Positions 38,640-52,982 of a stretch of DNA of 64,000 nucleotides are shown piece by piece. The stretch is taken from NCBI RefSeq assembly GCF_963921235.1, contig NC_086097.1, positions 7,192,001 to 7,256,000 on the forward strand, given 5' to 3'. The notes under the pieces are model-generated. The model had not been told where the DNA came from and made no database searches. It saw only the letters and a program-made list of their open reading frames with translations. This DNA comes from Mobula hypostoma. Its lineage: Eukaryota. A program made the position numbers and the translations under genes. The stretch's first letter is position 1. The number at the start of each line of letters is the position of its first letter.

Positions 38640-39330
38640 AAAATAGTAAGGTGTTGTTCATGGTTTAGTGTCCATTCAGAAATCTGATGGCAGAGGGGAA
38701 GAAGCGGTTAGTGAAATGTTGAATTTGTGTTTTCAAGCTCCTGTGCCTCCTCTTTGATGGTAGTAATGAGAACAGGACCTGTCCTCGGTGATCGGGGTCC
38801 TTAATGATAGATGCTGCCTTTTTGAGGCATCGTCTTTTGAAGATGTCCTTGATGTTGGGGAGAATAGAGCCCATGATGGACTTGGCTGAGTTTACAACTT
38901 TCTGTAGCTTTTTGCAATTCTGTGCATCGGCCCCACCATACCAGATGGCGATGCAACGAGTTAGAATGTTCTCCATGATAAATCTCTAGAAATCTGCAAG
39001 AGGCTTTGGTGACATACCAAGTCTCCTCAGGCTCTGAACGAAATACAGCTGCTGACATGCCTTCTTTGTAATTGCATCAATAGGAGGGGCCCAGGACAGA
39101 TCCACAGAGATGCTGACACCCAGGAACTTGAAATTGCTCATCCTTTTTACTGTTGATCCCTTAATGAGGATTGGTGTGTGCTCCCTCACCTTCTCCTTCC
39201 TGAAGTCCTCAATCAATTCCTAGGTCATACTGACATTGACTGCAAGGTTTTTGTTGCAACAGCACTCAGATAATCTATCCCGCTCAAGTATGCCTCCCCA
39301 TCTCCATCTGAAATTCTGCCAACAAAAGCT
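38640..39330 (-). mobile_element. Rex1/Babar-like LINE 3' portion
   Basis: ORFs 38986-39216 and 38665-38976 (FKFLGV...DLSW; SFFP.AIR.LN-type end). Confidence 0.78.
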
Positions 39331-40394
39331 GGATCTCACCCTTTCCACTTGCTGAGGACGGGTGTGTTTATGATTAAAGTACATATATGTTCATCATATT
39401 CAGGAACAGTTATTACCGCTCAACTATGAGACTCTTGAATCAGAGGAGATAACTTCACTCGATTGCACTCGTCCCATCATTGAAATGTTCCTGCAACCTA
39501 TGGACTTACTTTCAAGGACACTTCATCTCATGTTTTCGATATTTATTGCTTATTTATTTATTATTATTATTCCTTCTTTTCTTTCTTTTGTATTTGCACA
39601 GCTTGGTGTCTATCGCACACAGGCCGTCTGCCCTGTCCGTGCGATCTTTCATTGTTTCTATTATGGTTATTGGATTTATTGAGTATGCCTACAAGAAAGT
39701 GAATTTCAGGATTGTATATGGTGAATATGTATTTTGATGATATATTTACTTTGAATTTTACTACCTTGATATTTTCCTTGCAGTCATTCATGTGATAAAA
39801 TATAGAAATCCAATCGAATCGATTTACTAATTCCACTTTATTCTTCCTGCATTCCCCTCAGCTCCTGCCAGATTCTACCACTTACCCACATACATCAGAT
39901 AATTCTCAGTGGCCAGTTAACTATCCATTAATCTACAATCAATCCCTTTCGGATGAGGGATCCAGATGAAATCCACACAGTCATAAGGAAAAAGGAAAAA
40001 AGGGAGAAAAGGACCATGTGATGACATTATAATTTGGGATGTCGGATTTTGCAATTGAATTCCATCACTGTCTGTAAGGAGCTTGTACGTTCTCTCTGCA
40101 AGTGCGTGGTTTTCCTTTGGGTGCTTCCAGTTTTCTCCCACAATCCAAAGATGTACTGATTGGCAGGTTAATTAGTCATTGAAATTGACCTGTCATTAGG
40201 TTAGGGTTAAATAGGTGAATTGCTGGGTGGAACAGCTCATTGGGTCAGAAAGGGCTGTTCCACATTATATCTCTAAAGACATAAATAAATAAATCATAAA
40301 CATGTGTAGTCTTCACATAGACATTGCCTGAGATCAGGACTGAATCAGGGCCTCTGGAGCTGTGCGGCAGCAACTGCAGTAGTTGTGCTATTCT

Positions 40395-41840
40395 TATAGA
40401 GTTTTTGCAGGAAGTCACCAGGAAAGTAGATGAAGACAAGGCAGTGGATGTTCTCTACATGGATTTTGGCAAGGCACGTGAGGTTGGTCAAGGAAGTTCA
40501 GTTGCTCAGCATTCAAGATGAGGAGGCAAATTGGGTTAAACAAGTGCATTGGCTTTGTGGGAGAAGCCAGAGAGTGGTGGGAGATGGTTGCCTCTCTGAC
40601 TGTAGGCTTGTGCTGCAGGGATCGGTGTGGGTCCGTTGTTGCTGTCATTTATATCATAGAAACATAGAAACATAGAAAATAGGTGCAGGAGTAGGCCATT
40701 CGGCCCTTCGAGCCTGCACCGCCATTTATTATGATCATGGCTGATCATCCAACTCAGAACCCAGCCTTCCCTCCATACCCCCTGACCCCTGTAGCCACAA
40801 GGGCCATATCTAACTTCCTTTTAAACATAGCTAATGAACTGGCCTCAACAGTTTGCTGTGGCAGAGAATTCCACAGATTCACCACTCTCTGTGTGAAGAA
40901 GTTTTTCCTAACCTCGGTCCTAAAAGGCTTCCCCTCTATCCTCAAACTGTGACCCCTCGTTCTAGACCTCCCCAACATCGGGAACAATCTTCCTGCATCT
41001 AGCCTGTCCAATCCCTTTAGGATCTTATACGTTTCAATCAGATCCCCCCTCAATCTTCTAAATTCCAACGAGTACAAGCCCAGTTCATCCAGTCTTTCTT
41101 CATATCTTTCTTCATTTCTTCTTATATCAATGGTCTGGTCGACAATGTGGTAAACTGGATCAGTAAATCTGTGGATGACACCAAGATTCGGGGTGTAGTG
41201 GACTGCGAGGAAGACTACCAGAGCTTGGAGCAGGATCTGGATCAGTTGGTGAAATGGGCTGAAAAATGGCAGATGGAATTCAATGCAGACAAGTGCAAGG
41301 TGTTGCATTTCAGTAGGACCAACCAGAGTAGGTGTAACACAGTGAACAGTAGGGCACTGAGAATTGCAGTAAAATGGAGAGATATGAGAACACAGATTCA
41401 TAATTCCTTGAAAGTGTCGCAGGCAGATAGGCACATTGGCCTTCACAAGTCAATGTATTGAGTACAGGAGATGGGATGTTATATTGAAATTGTATAATTT
41501 GTTGGTGAGGCCTAATTTGGAGTATTGTGTGCAGCTTTGGAAAGATACAGGAAAGATGTAAATAAGGTTGAAAGAGAGCAGAGAAAATTTACAAGGATGC
41601 TGATGAAACTAGAGGATCTAAGCTATAGGGAAAGGTTGAATAGGTTAGAACTTTATTACCTAGAACATTGAAGATTGAGGGGTGATTTGATAGAGGTTAA
41701 CAAAATTATGAAGGGTAGAGATAGGATAAATGAAAGCAGGCTATTTCCACAGCAGTTGGATGAGACTAGATCTAGAGGTCATGGGTTAAGGGTGAAAGGT
41801 GAAATCTTTATAAGAAGAATATGAGGTGGATCTTCTTCAC
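40395..41840 (+). mobile_element. Degenerate CR1 with a nested opposite-strand CR1 3' end (40657-41121)
   Basis: Host RT motifs AVDVLYMDFGKA and DDTKI. The nested copy has a (CATAGAAA)n tail and TTATATCA flanks at 40649-40656 and 41122-41129. Confidence 0.85.
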
Positions 41841-42616
41841 TCAGAAGAAACTTCATTGTCGTTTACAGCAATGGAATCCACTGACTGTTGTAATATGAAA
41901 TCTGTAGCAGCTAACATGCATAAAGGTACAGTATATCCCATAAAGAAAAGAACAATCAATATAACAATATGATTATGGGTTTCAGTGATGTTGAGTGAGA
42001 GGTAATTATTGGTCAGGCCACAAGGACCATTATCAAGGAACCCTAGCGCCAAGATCAGGCTCTCTTCTCACTGCTGCATCAGGAAGATGGTACGGGAGCC
42101 ACAGGAGCCAAACCACCAGGTTGAGGCACAGTTAAAGCCCCTCAACTATCAAGCTCTTGAACCAGTGAGGGTAACTTCACACAAATTCACTCACTCCAAT
42201 ACTGAACTGTTCCTACATCCTATAGACACTTCATCTCAGGTTCTCGAATATTAATTGCTTATTTATTATTATCATTGTTTCATTTTTGTTTCTTATTGCA
42301 TTTGTATAGCTTTTTTGTCTTTTGCACTTTGGTTATTTATCTATACTTTTGTGAGCAGTTTTACATTGAAGGTATTGAATTTCTTTGTATTTACTGTGAA
42401 TTTCTGCAAGAAAGTGAACCTCAGGGTTGGTTGTAAATGGTGACATATATGTACTTTGATAATAAATTTACTTTGAACTTTGAATGCTGCCCAGGTGTTT
42501 ATTGAAATAACACAATGTGTTGTTTTTTCACATTCACCTAAGAGAGCATAAACGGTTTGATTTAATGTTTCACCTCAAATACTGCGTTGAATAATAATAG
42601 GATAAGTTGTCAATAG

Positions 42617-43226
42617 CAGGGGCCCCCAACCTATTTTGCACCACGGACCGGTTTAATATTGACAATATTCTTGTGGACCAGCCGACTTGGGGGTGGGGGG
42701 GTGTGTTAATCACGACCGGAATATAGGTGATAAGTCAACTATAAGTCACTTATAAGTGGCTAATACACTCGATTTCGTTTGTAAAATGGTTTATCTAACG
42801 AATTTAATATTAAACACACAGCACATATTTTCCTCGCATGATAAGTCATTTATATATGTCAATAGCATCATAACATTTTAAGTAATGTTTGGCTATTAAA
42901 CACACAGCGCATATTTTCCTTGTATGAACATATAAAATCATTGCAACACACCAATATCGCTGAATCAGTGGGAGCCATGGGCTTGTTTCTCTGCAGCAAG
43001 ATGGTCCCATTGAGGAGTGATGGGAGACAGCGATATTCGAAGGGGGTTCCTTATGTAATGACTTCGCGTGCGTTCAAGTTCCAACAGTGGGCATGACAGG
43101 GAATGAAGAAAGGTGCGGCTAACTCATATGGTTTCATATCCCCAAATCATTTTGTTTCCTCTCAGCCTGGCAGCACATGCTTTGCGGCCCGCTACCAGTC
43201 CGCGGACCGGTGGTTGGGGACTAATG
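42617..43226. mobile_element. Non-autonomous hAT (Charlie-like) DNA transposon
   Basis: 8-bp TSD GTCAATAG at 42609-42616 and 43227-43234; imperfect TIRs CAGGGGCCCCCAACC and GGTTGGGGACTAATG. Confidence 0.88.
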
Positions 43227-44479
43227 GTCAATAGGATCAGCCGTGTTTTGTGATGTTAGTTGAAGGTGGCATTAGTTGACCAGGTATCAGGGAGTATATC
43301 TATATTCTTCAACAAATAACGTTATGGCAACTTTTCTATCTGGTCTGTTTGAAATCAGGACTGGGAGTTTTTTCACGTGCTTTTTAGTAAATGCAGGAGG
43401 GCCTTTAACAGAAAGATTTTTAAAAGCACTGATCTAAAAATTTCAAAATAAGTTTATCATCAAAGTACATATATATCACCATATACTACCAAGAAATTTA
43501 TTTTCTTGCAGGCATTCATCGTCAATCGAAAGAAACACAATAGAATTAACGAGAAAACACACACAACAAAGCAGACAAACAGCTAATGTACAACAGACAA
43601 CAAACTGTGCAAATACAAGAAATACATAATAATAATAAGCAATAAATATCGAGAAATTGAGATTAAGAGTCTTTGAAAGCGAGTCCACAGGTTTTGGGAA
43701 AATTTCAGTGTTGGGGTAAGTGGAGTTATCCCCTCTCAATCAAAAGCCTAATTGTTGAGGGATAATAACTGTTCTTGAACCTGGTGGTGTGAGTCCTGAG
43801 GCTCCTGTACCTCCTTCCTGGTAGCTGCAATGACAAGAGAGCATGCTATACTTAAGGCTTTGCCTTATTGCCCTAGTTCCTCATTAAATACATTAAACGG
43901 ATTACAGCTAGATCATTATGTGTGGCACAGTGATGACTCTCTGTTAGAAGTCCACTAGAAGTTTAGGGAAAGCCACTTTTCTCATTTAAGCTCCAAGTTT
44001 CCTGTATGCCCTGTTATTTTATGAAATATCAGATTGCAGTGAAGAGTCAGAGAGGCAAAGCCCACTGTGTCTGACCATCTCCCTGGCCGCTGCCCCTTAC
44101 ACCAAGGTTTAAATTTTATTATATTTAGCAATACAGCACAGTGCAGGCCCTTCTGGCCTTTCAAACAGTGCCACTCGAGCAACTCCCAACAAACCTGAGT
44201 AACCCAGTCCTGATCATGGGACAATTTACAATGACTAATTAACCTACTAACTGGTATACCTTTGGACTGGGGGAGGAAACTGGAGCACCTGGGGAAAGCA
44301 CACACACATTCCATGCAGAGGACGTATAGCCTCCTTACAGAGGATGCCAGGATTGAGTTCTGAACTCCAACACTCTGAGCTGTAATAGCATCATACTAAC
44401 CATTATGCTGCCTTGGCGTCCACAGTGAAGTAGATGTGCCAGACACAGCAGCATGTGAATAAACGTACATAGGAATCTC

Positions 44480-45270
44480 AGAACTGAGACCTCCATAATC
44501 AACACCTACAATCAGCACTGGGGCTCCTCAAGGATGTGTGCTTAGCCCGATGCTCTACTCTCTCGACACCCATGAACGTGTGGCAAGACACAGCTCAACC
44601 GCCATCTGTTGTCAATGACACAAGTATTGTTGGCAGAATTTCAGATGGAGACGAGGCGTTAAACAGGAGTGAGATAGCTCACTAGTTGAGTGGTGTTGCT
44701 ATAATAACCTTACACTCGATGTCAGTAAGATTAAGGAATTGATTGTGGACTTCAGGAAGGAGAAGTAGAGGGGACAAAGGTGAGCAGTTTCAAGTTCCTG
44801 GGTGTCATCATCCCTAAAGACCCATCCTGGGCCAAACATATTGATGCAATTACAATAAAGGCTCAAATGAAAATACATTTAATTGGGAATTTGAGGAAAC
44901 TTGGTATGCCACCAAAGACTCTTGTACATTATTGCAGATGGACTGTGGAGATTATTCTAACTGGTTGCTTCATGGTCTAGTGTAGAGGGGCCACCGCACA
45001 GGATCGGAAAAGGATTCTGGAAGTTGTGACTCAGTCAGCATGGGCACAAGCCTCCCCAGTATTGAAGACACCTTCAAAAGGCAATGCCTCAAAAAGGCGG
45101 CATCTATCATTCATTACCCCCATCACCCAGGACATGCCCTCTTCTCATTGCTACCATCAGGAAGGAGGTACAGGAGCCTGAAGACACACATACACACAAT
45201 GTTTCAGGAACAGCTTCTTCCCCTCCACAATCAGATTTCTGAATGGGCATTGAATCTATGTACACTACCA
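44480..45270 (+). mobile_element. Rex1/Babar-like LINE RT 3' half
   Basis: [12 protein letters not shown] coding at about 44515-44550; ORFs 44780-44980 and 45040-45309. Confidence 0.8.
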
Positions 45271-48024
45271 CATCACTTATTTCCTCCTTTTTTGGCAATC
45301 TTTATTTAACGTACGCTGCCGCAAAACAACAAATTTCATGACACACTGTCCGCCAGTGATATCCGGTTTAATATCACTGGCATACGTTGTGAAATTCGCT
45401 GTTTTCTGATTCGTATTCTTGTAAGTTTTGTCTCTGGCACAGTTATAAAGGGGGCTAATTGTATTGTTAGAAAAATAAACCTGATTGCATCTGTTTCTAA
45501 ATGGGAGGCTGGCAGTACCATGCTTTCCACCCTCCCTTTGGCAGATGCCCAAGGCAGCATTGTGAGCAGCCCCTAGCATTAAAATGAAGATGACATCTCT
45601 CAGACCTCAGACACTCCAACCGGATTGGAATCAAAATTCAGCAGCGGATGATCCTGCGCAATTAAACTCCACTCACTTTCCAGTCCGGCTGACATTTTGA
45701 ACTAAAATTGAGTCTCCCATTTTAGCACATTTTGCATAGTGGTGCAATTTCCAGAATTTTTTCCTCATTTGAATGTTGCCAAGGAAAATTTGCTAATCAA
45801 ATGGCTGTTTCTGGCTTTGTTTCAAAGCTGAAAACATAGCAGAACAAGCAATTTCTATGTCGGTGCGGCTAGCTGATGGACTGTTTTCTGTAATTTCTTA
45901 ACAAGACCCTCATGCATAGAGTTCTGTTAATCTTGTAACAAGTTATATAACAGCAAAAAAAATAGAAAAATATAGGGCCGCACAGAGCCAGCTGGCTAAT
46001 TACCATAATTCACTGTTCTTTTATGACATTTGTCCGTCCACAAAGGACCTATTGAAAAAGCTTAGTTAGAAAATTGTGTGGTATTGATTGCAGCGCACTG
46101 AAGGTGGAGTGAAAGTTGTGGAACAGCCTGACTGTAGGACAATAACTCAAATGTTCAAATATTTAATGTGTATTGACCCCTTGGTGAACCTGGCAACTTG
46201 CAAGATGTGTCTCGTATAAATTTGGAACTACTTTGATTGCTTTTTCATAATCACTTTAAATTTTCAACGCTATATCATAAAAGCCCTCTGTCTCATCCCA
46301 CTAATACCTTCTCATGAAATGTGCAGTGTAATCATCACAATTACCCTTGTGAGAGGTAATGAAATGCCCGGACCTAATTTTCAGCCAAAGCAAAGTGTCC
46401 ATTATGGACATTTTAAAATCCCTATTCGAATCACAGAGTTCATATTGTTTGGTTTTAATAACAGTACTCACACTGTTAGGCTCACAACATCCTGCTACTA
46501 TTGAAGAAATTGGACCACTTTACAATCGTTACCTGATTAAATGCAATCAGAAGCTTGCTGTTGTTTCAACCACGTCGACAAATATCAGCAGAAAAAAGTC
46601 TCAACTTCTGTGATCAACTCAATTACATGTTTAGAGGCATTGAATTGATCCTCCCTTGGTTTTAAGTAAGAGGGTTTCAGAACATTGTTTTTTACTTTTG
46701 ATGATTATAGAAGATAATTCATATATCACAAATGTGTTTTTATCCTCACAATATATTTAAAGTTCAATTGACACTGTATGATGAAGGAGCAGGTAAATCA
46801 TACCCCAAACACAAGAGATTCTGCAGGTGCTGGAAATGCAGAGCAAACACACACAAAATGCTGGAGGAACTCAGCAGGTCAGGCAGCATCTATGGAGAGG
46901 AATAAACTGTCCATGTTATGGGCTGAGACACAATGGTGGAGGAACTCAGCAGCATCTATGGACATGAGATTATTCAAAGATTCAAAGTACATTTATTATT
47001 AAAAGTACGTGCACAGAATGCAATTCTGAGATTCTGCAGGCAGCCACAAAACAAAGAAACCCACTGGAACTCAAGGAAACATCAAATAACCAACGTGCAA
47101 AAAAAGAATCATGCAAACGGCAAAAAGCGAGCGATTAACACATAGAATATCAAACATCAAACCAGCAGTATTCAGTTAAGTTCAGTTCGCTCTGCGCCAC
47201 ATTGCCAGCCAATGCACGTCACAGGGCTATTCTTTGCCAAAGCACCCAGTCCATATCGATCGTTCTGATCAAACCGCTCAAAAACAACAAAAATAATCTG
47301 CTATCTTCCCCCTTCTTTTCTAGTACTGATGAAGGGTCTCAACCTGAAACATTGTCTGTTTATTCATTTCCATAGATGCAGTCTGACCTGCTGAAATCAT
47401 TCTCAATGTGTCTGCCTTGGCTTCCTCAGCTCAACCCTAACCTATGAGGGATCTGCACTTTTGGCCTCATGATCTTCAAAGTAACTTTTATAGCTTTATC
47501 AATAACAAACTCAAGCTTTAAATTTCTTCCATAATGTTCACTGCCCCTCTATTTTCCTTTGTTAAGGCATCAACTAAAATGATTTTTCTGGAACTTTAGG
47601 TCATCTGCCCTGATATCACTCCAGCTCGGTGACAAACTTCGTTTGAAGTTGTGCTCCTGAATCAACGCTAGCACATTTAATGTTCTACATACCTCCACTT
47701 GCCTTGAAATTAGATTGAGGAAAACTGTTTATTTCAATGTTATGTAACTGAAAGTTGATTTACCACAGAGTGAATAGCAATACAACCAAATTTAGGTCAT
47801 ATCGGATATAAATTGCATCATCGACTTCCTTGCTTTGGTTAATTAGATACACAGCATTTCATGTCCTCATCATTCAGTTGTACCGTGGAGGAAATTAGAC
47901 CAAGTTCTTCCAGAAACAGCAATTGGGCTCTCCTGATCCATCAGGATCAACCTCATTCAGACAACCTGTCACACGTGCCTTTCATTCTTTAATCTCTTCC
48001 CGTACTGAACCTCAGTTCTTCAAG

Positions 48025-48717
48025 AAGGAGAAGGTGGTGGCGCAACGGCAGCGCACGCGGCCTCTCTGGTGAATGAATGATGTCTGTAATCTGTCAAGTA
48101 GGGGACCGTGCACAATTCTGATTTGATGGAGACAGATGTGAGAGCACGGAGGAACATCTGGAAAACTTCTGAAATGCCCGCTTCGCTGCCGCTGCTACTG
48201 CGTGATAACTGGAATCTCCGGAGCTGAAGGCCCCGAATCCTCAGCTTTGCGTGTTTCAGTGGCCGGGGCGAGGTCAAAGGTACTCGGCAGAGGATGGCGC
48301 TCGTGAGGCTGTATCGGAGCGGCTGGTCGGAAGCTGGAAGTTTTCGGACGGATGGACTCAGTGTCTGCTGTGGTCGGCTGCTTCCAAGGCATCAGCAAGT
48401 TGATGGTGCCTGGAGGTTTATGGCAGGGAGTTTCTCCCTTTTGCCGCCTGCTATCGGGGACTCGGAGTTGAACGACTCGGGGACTTTGAGAACTTCTTTT
48501 TACCGTGCCCATAGTTTGTTCTTCATCAAATGATGGTATTGTTTTGCACTGCTGTAACTATATGTTATAATTATGTGGTTTGGTCAGTGTTAGTCTTTGG
48601 TTTGTCCTGTTTTCTGTGATATCACTATGAAACATTGCATCATTTCTTAATGCATGTATGCATTTCTAAATGACAATAAACGAGGACTGAGTGTTCTCAT
48701 AATCTAATCTAATCTAA
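48025..48717 (+). mobile_element. CpG-rich non-autonomous retroelement-like insert with (TAATC)n tail
   Basis: Abrupt GC/CpG-rich 5' part, T-rich 3' part, AATAAA, terminal TAATCTAATCTAATCT; no recognisable ORF. Confidence 0.55.
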
Positions 48718-49379
48718 ACAAACTATCTCCATCTGATTCTAGTCTTCACCCTTTATTACTGGCTTGGGAGGTGCTTGGTGGAATTTGCAGAATAATGTTA
48801 CAGATTGTTTCTCCCACTCCCACTAAGGAAGAGGCTATGTAGCTTCCACGCCAGGACCACCAAACTCTAAAAAAAGTTACTTTCCACAAAAAGGCCAAAG
48901 AATACTTCCATCCACCAACTCACCCCTCCACATCCCTAACCACCACCAATTTATCATTTCCTGTCAGAGTCACCTTATGTACAAACACTCCTGTGCCCAG
49001 CTTCACTTTATGGACATACAATCAATCTATATACAGTACTGTGCAAAAGTCTTAGGCACATGCTTGTAGCTAGGATACCAAAGACTTTTACACAGTACTG
49101 TAGTAATTTTAAGTATTTTATGTTTTGTACTGTACTGCTGCCACAAAAAAACAAAACTATTCCATGACATATGTGAGTGATTATAAACCTGATTGCAGGG
49201 AGGTTTACTGGAGCTGCTGGAAGTGGTTTAAACTGATATAGTAGAGCTGAGGATGAGCCAGCAGGTTTACAAGTAGACATTGTAATATGCAATATGAATG
49301 CAAGAAAGAACTAGCCAACTCATAGGTAGAAATGTAGATGGAGCAAAGAGTTAGGTTGTACCACAGAGGAAAAATTCAT

Positions 49380-50915
49380 AAGGGCAAACAATGCAGGACT
49401 GAAGGTTCTGTATCTAAATGCGTGTAGCATTCAGAATAAGGTGGGTGAACTGGCGACGCAATTAGAGGTTAGTCGGTATGATGTTGTGGGTATCACTGAG
49501 TCGTGGCTGAAAGAAAGCCATAGTTGGGAATTTAATGTTAAAGGATATACTTTGTAGCGAAAGGACAGGCAGGAGGCATAAGCGGTGGTCTGGCCCGGTT
49601 GGTAAGAGATGGAATTACTTCTTTAGAAAGAGGTGACGTAGGGTCAGAAAATGCATAATCTTTGCGGGTGAATTTAAGAATCTGTAAGGGAAAAAAACAC
49701 TATGGAAATAATATATATATATAGGCTTCCAAATAGTAGCTAAGATATGGGGTTAAGATTGCAAAGGCAGCTGAAAGGGCATGAACTAAGAGTAATGTCA
49801 CAATTGTAATGGTGGACTTCAATATGCAAGGGGATTGGGGAAATCAGGTTGGTGCTGGATCGCAAGAGAGGGAATTTGTTGAACGCCTTTGAGATGGCTT
49901 TTTAGAACAGCTTATGCTCGGACCTACTAGCAGAAAGGCTATCTTAGATTGAGTGTTGTGTAATAACCCAGATCTTATTAGGGAGCTTAACATAAAGGAA
50001 TCCTTAGGAGGCAGTGATCATAATATGGTGGAATTCATACTGCAGATTGAGAGGGCAAAGCCTAAGTTACATGTATCAGTATCATAATAGAATAAAGGGA
50101 ATTACAGATGCATGAGAGAAGAGCTTGCCCAGGTGGATTGGAGGAGGATACTGGCAGGGATGACTGCAGAGCAAAGATGGCTGAATTTTCTGGGAATAGT
50201 TCACAAAGTGCAGGATAGATATGTCCCACAGAAGAAGAAGTTCTCAAACAGTAGAGCTAGACAACCATGGCTGACAAAGGAAGTTAAAGACTGCATAGAA
50301 GTCAAGGAAAGGGCACATGAGGTAGCAAAAGTGAGTGGGAAGTTGGATGACAGGGAAGCTTTTAAAATTCAACAAAAGACAACTAAAAAGTTATAAGAAG
50401 GGGGAAAGATGAAATATCAGGGCAAAGTAGCCAATAATCTAAAGCAGGATACCAAAAGTTTTTTCAGTTATATAAAGAGTAAAAGGGAGACAAGGGTTAA
50501 TATCAGACCAGTGGGAAATGATACTGATGAGGCGGTAATGGGGACAAAGAAATGGTAGATGAACTTAATAAGTATTTTGATTCTGTCTATACTGTGGAAG
50601 ACACTAGCTGAATGCCAGAGGTCTGTGAGTATCAGGGGGCAGGAGTGAATGCCATTATGATTGCAAAGGAAAAAGTGCCAGGCAAACTCAAAGGTCTTAA
50701 GGTGGATAAGTCACCTGGACCAGATGAACTATATCTCAGAGTCCTGAGAGAGGCTGCTGAAGAGATAATGGATGTATTGGTCATGATCTTTCAAGAATCA
50801 CTTGATTCTGGCATATTCCCAGGAGATTGGAAAATAGCAAATATTACTCCACAATTTAAGAAGGGAGGAAGACAAAAAAGAAAGGAAATTATAGGCCAGT
50901 TGGCCTAACCTCAGA
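49380..50915 (+). mobile_element. CR1 ORF2 5' half (endonuclease to start of RT), degenerate
   Basis: YLNA, ITESWL, GSDH, DKSPGPD and DWKIANITP.FKKG motifs. Confidence 0.85.
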
Positions 50916-52115
50916 GCATTGCACAGGTTCACCACGGTTTGGCTAAAAAAATTCCTCCTTATTTCTGTTCGAAATGGTCACCCACTCAATTGTGAGGCAG
51001 TCCCCTCTAGTTCTGGATATCTCCATCCTATCCACAGCCGTCCTAGTCCTTTCAACATTTGGTAGGTTTCAATGAGATCTCCATGCATTCATCTAAATTC
51101 CCGTGAGTACAGGCCCAAAGTGACCAAACACTTCTCATATGTTAACCCCTTCATTCCTGGAATCGTCCTCGTAATCCTCCTCTGGACTCCCTCCAATGAC
51201 AGTACATCCTTTCTGAGATAAGGGGCCCAAAACCATTGACAATACTTGAAGTGTAGCCTGACTAGTGTCTTATAAAGCCTCAGCATTATCTTCTTGTTTT
51301 TATATTCTATTCCACTTGAAATAATTGCTGACATTGCTTTTGTCTTCTTTACCATGGACTCAGCCTGTGAATTAAGCTTCTGAGAGTCTTGCATGATGAC
51401 TCCTAATCATGCACCTCTGATGTTTGAATTTTCTCCCCACTTAGATAATAGTCTGCACTGTTGTTCCTTTTGCCAAAATGTATTATACATTTCCCAACAC
51501 TATATTCCATCTGCCACTTTTTTGCCCTTTCTTCCGATTTGACTAAGTCCTGCTGCAATTGCATTGCTTCCTCAGCACAACCTACCCCTCCACCTGTCGT
51601 TGTATCATCTGCAAACTTTGTGACAAAGCCATCAGTTCCACAATCTAAACCACTGACAAACAATGTGAAAAGTAGCAGTCCCAATACTGACTCCCGAGGA
51701 ACACCACTAGTCATTGGCAGCCAACCAGAAAAGGCCCCTTTATTCCCACTCGCTGCCTCCTGCCTGTCAGCCGCTCCTCTATCCATGCCAGAATCTTTCC
51801 TGAAACACCACAGGATTTTATCTTGTTAAGCAGCCTCATGTGAGGCACTTTATTAAATGCCTTCTGAAAAACTAAGTAAATGGCATCCACTGCCTTTTCT
51901 TTGTCTTTCCTGCTTGTTACTTCTTCGAAAAATTCTAACAGATTTCTCAGGCAACAGCTCCCTTCACAGAAACCATGATGCCTTTGGCTTATTTGATTAC
52001 TAGTTTCCAAGTACCCCAAAACCTTGTCCTTAATAATGGACTCCAACACTTTCCCAACCACTGAGGTTGGGCTAACTGACCTATAACATCCTTACTTTTG
52101 CCTTCCTCCTTTTGT
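50916..52115 (-). mobile_element. CR1 ORF2 3' half, inverted relative to the adjacent 5' half
   Basis: ORFs 51711-52061, 51403-51786 (FADD) and 51089-51394. Confidence 0.85.
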
Positions 52116-52982
52116 AAAGCACCTCTTCTCAGCCACCTGTATGTGCTTAAGACTTTTTCATGGTACTGTATATAAGCTAAATTATGTATTTGTATTTATT
52201 GTGTTTTTTTATTATTTTGTTCTTTAACTTACTGTGATTTTGTTGGTGCTGCATGCCTGCATTGGACTTGGAGTAACATTATTTTGTTCTCCATTACACT
52301 TGTGTACAGGAAATGACATTAAACAAACTTGAATTTTGAATGTGACATGACCAAAGGTTAAGTTTTAACACTTATATCTTCACAGTAAATACATTCATTT
52401 ATGTAGTATTGAAGGAAACAAAGCAATGCAATCTAATTTCTAAGCAAAGATAATTATCAATAATATTAAATGTGGTAAAGATATTAGAGTAGACAACTTC
52501 TGAAACCGAGAACCATAAACTCCAATCCCTAGTGGACTTGACATTCCCCTTCCCAATCTTGTGACTAACCTGCATCCTGCTCTCTTTTTTCAAGGCCCAG
52601 ACTCTGATCTACTTCATCCAGAAACTATACCAGATTCCTTGAGATTCTCACCCATCCTGCAACCCACAAACCATGAACTTTTCAATCTGGCCCAGTAATT
52701 CAATTGTCCACACATCTGGGTTCTGTCGCTTTGATACGCTCTAAGGCCTGGATCCCGCAGCCTCGATTTGGCTTGTACTCAGCCTTTCCAATTCAGCCCG
52801 GCGCATTAAATTGTTGTTCAAGCATTGGATTCTGTCACTTTGATACCCTCTGGGGCCTGGATCCAGCAGACTCGATTCGGCCTCTGCCCAACCTTTCCAA
52901 CTCAGCCTAGCACTTGAATCCAGACATCCACCACACTCTGTGTGAAAAAAACCCTCACATCCCCTTTGAACTTAAGTGGTCT

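Noticed and set aside
40754..41446. 230-aa ORF as a novel gene
   Set aside because: It is a chance fusion of antisense host CR1 sequence with the nested CR1 C-terminus.
47400..48020. Possible ancient LINE coding remnant (also about 61330-61700)
   Set aside because: No motif could be read with confidence.
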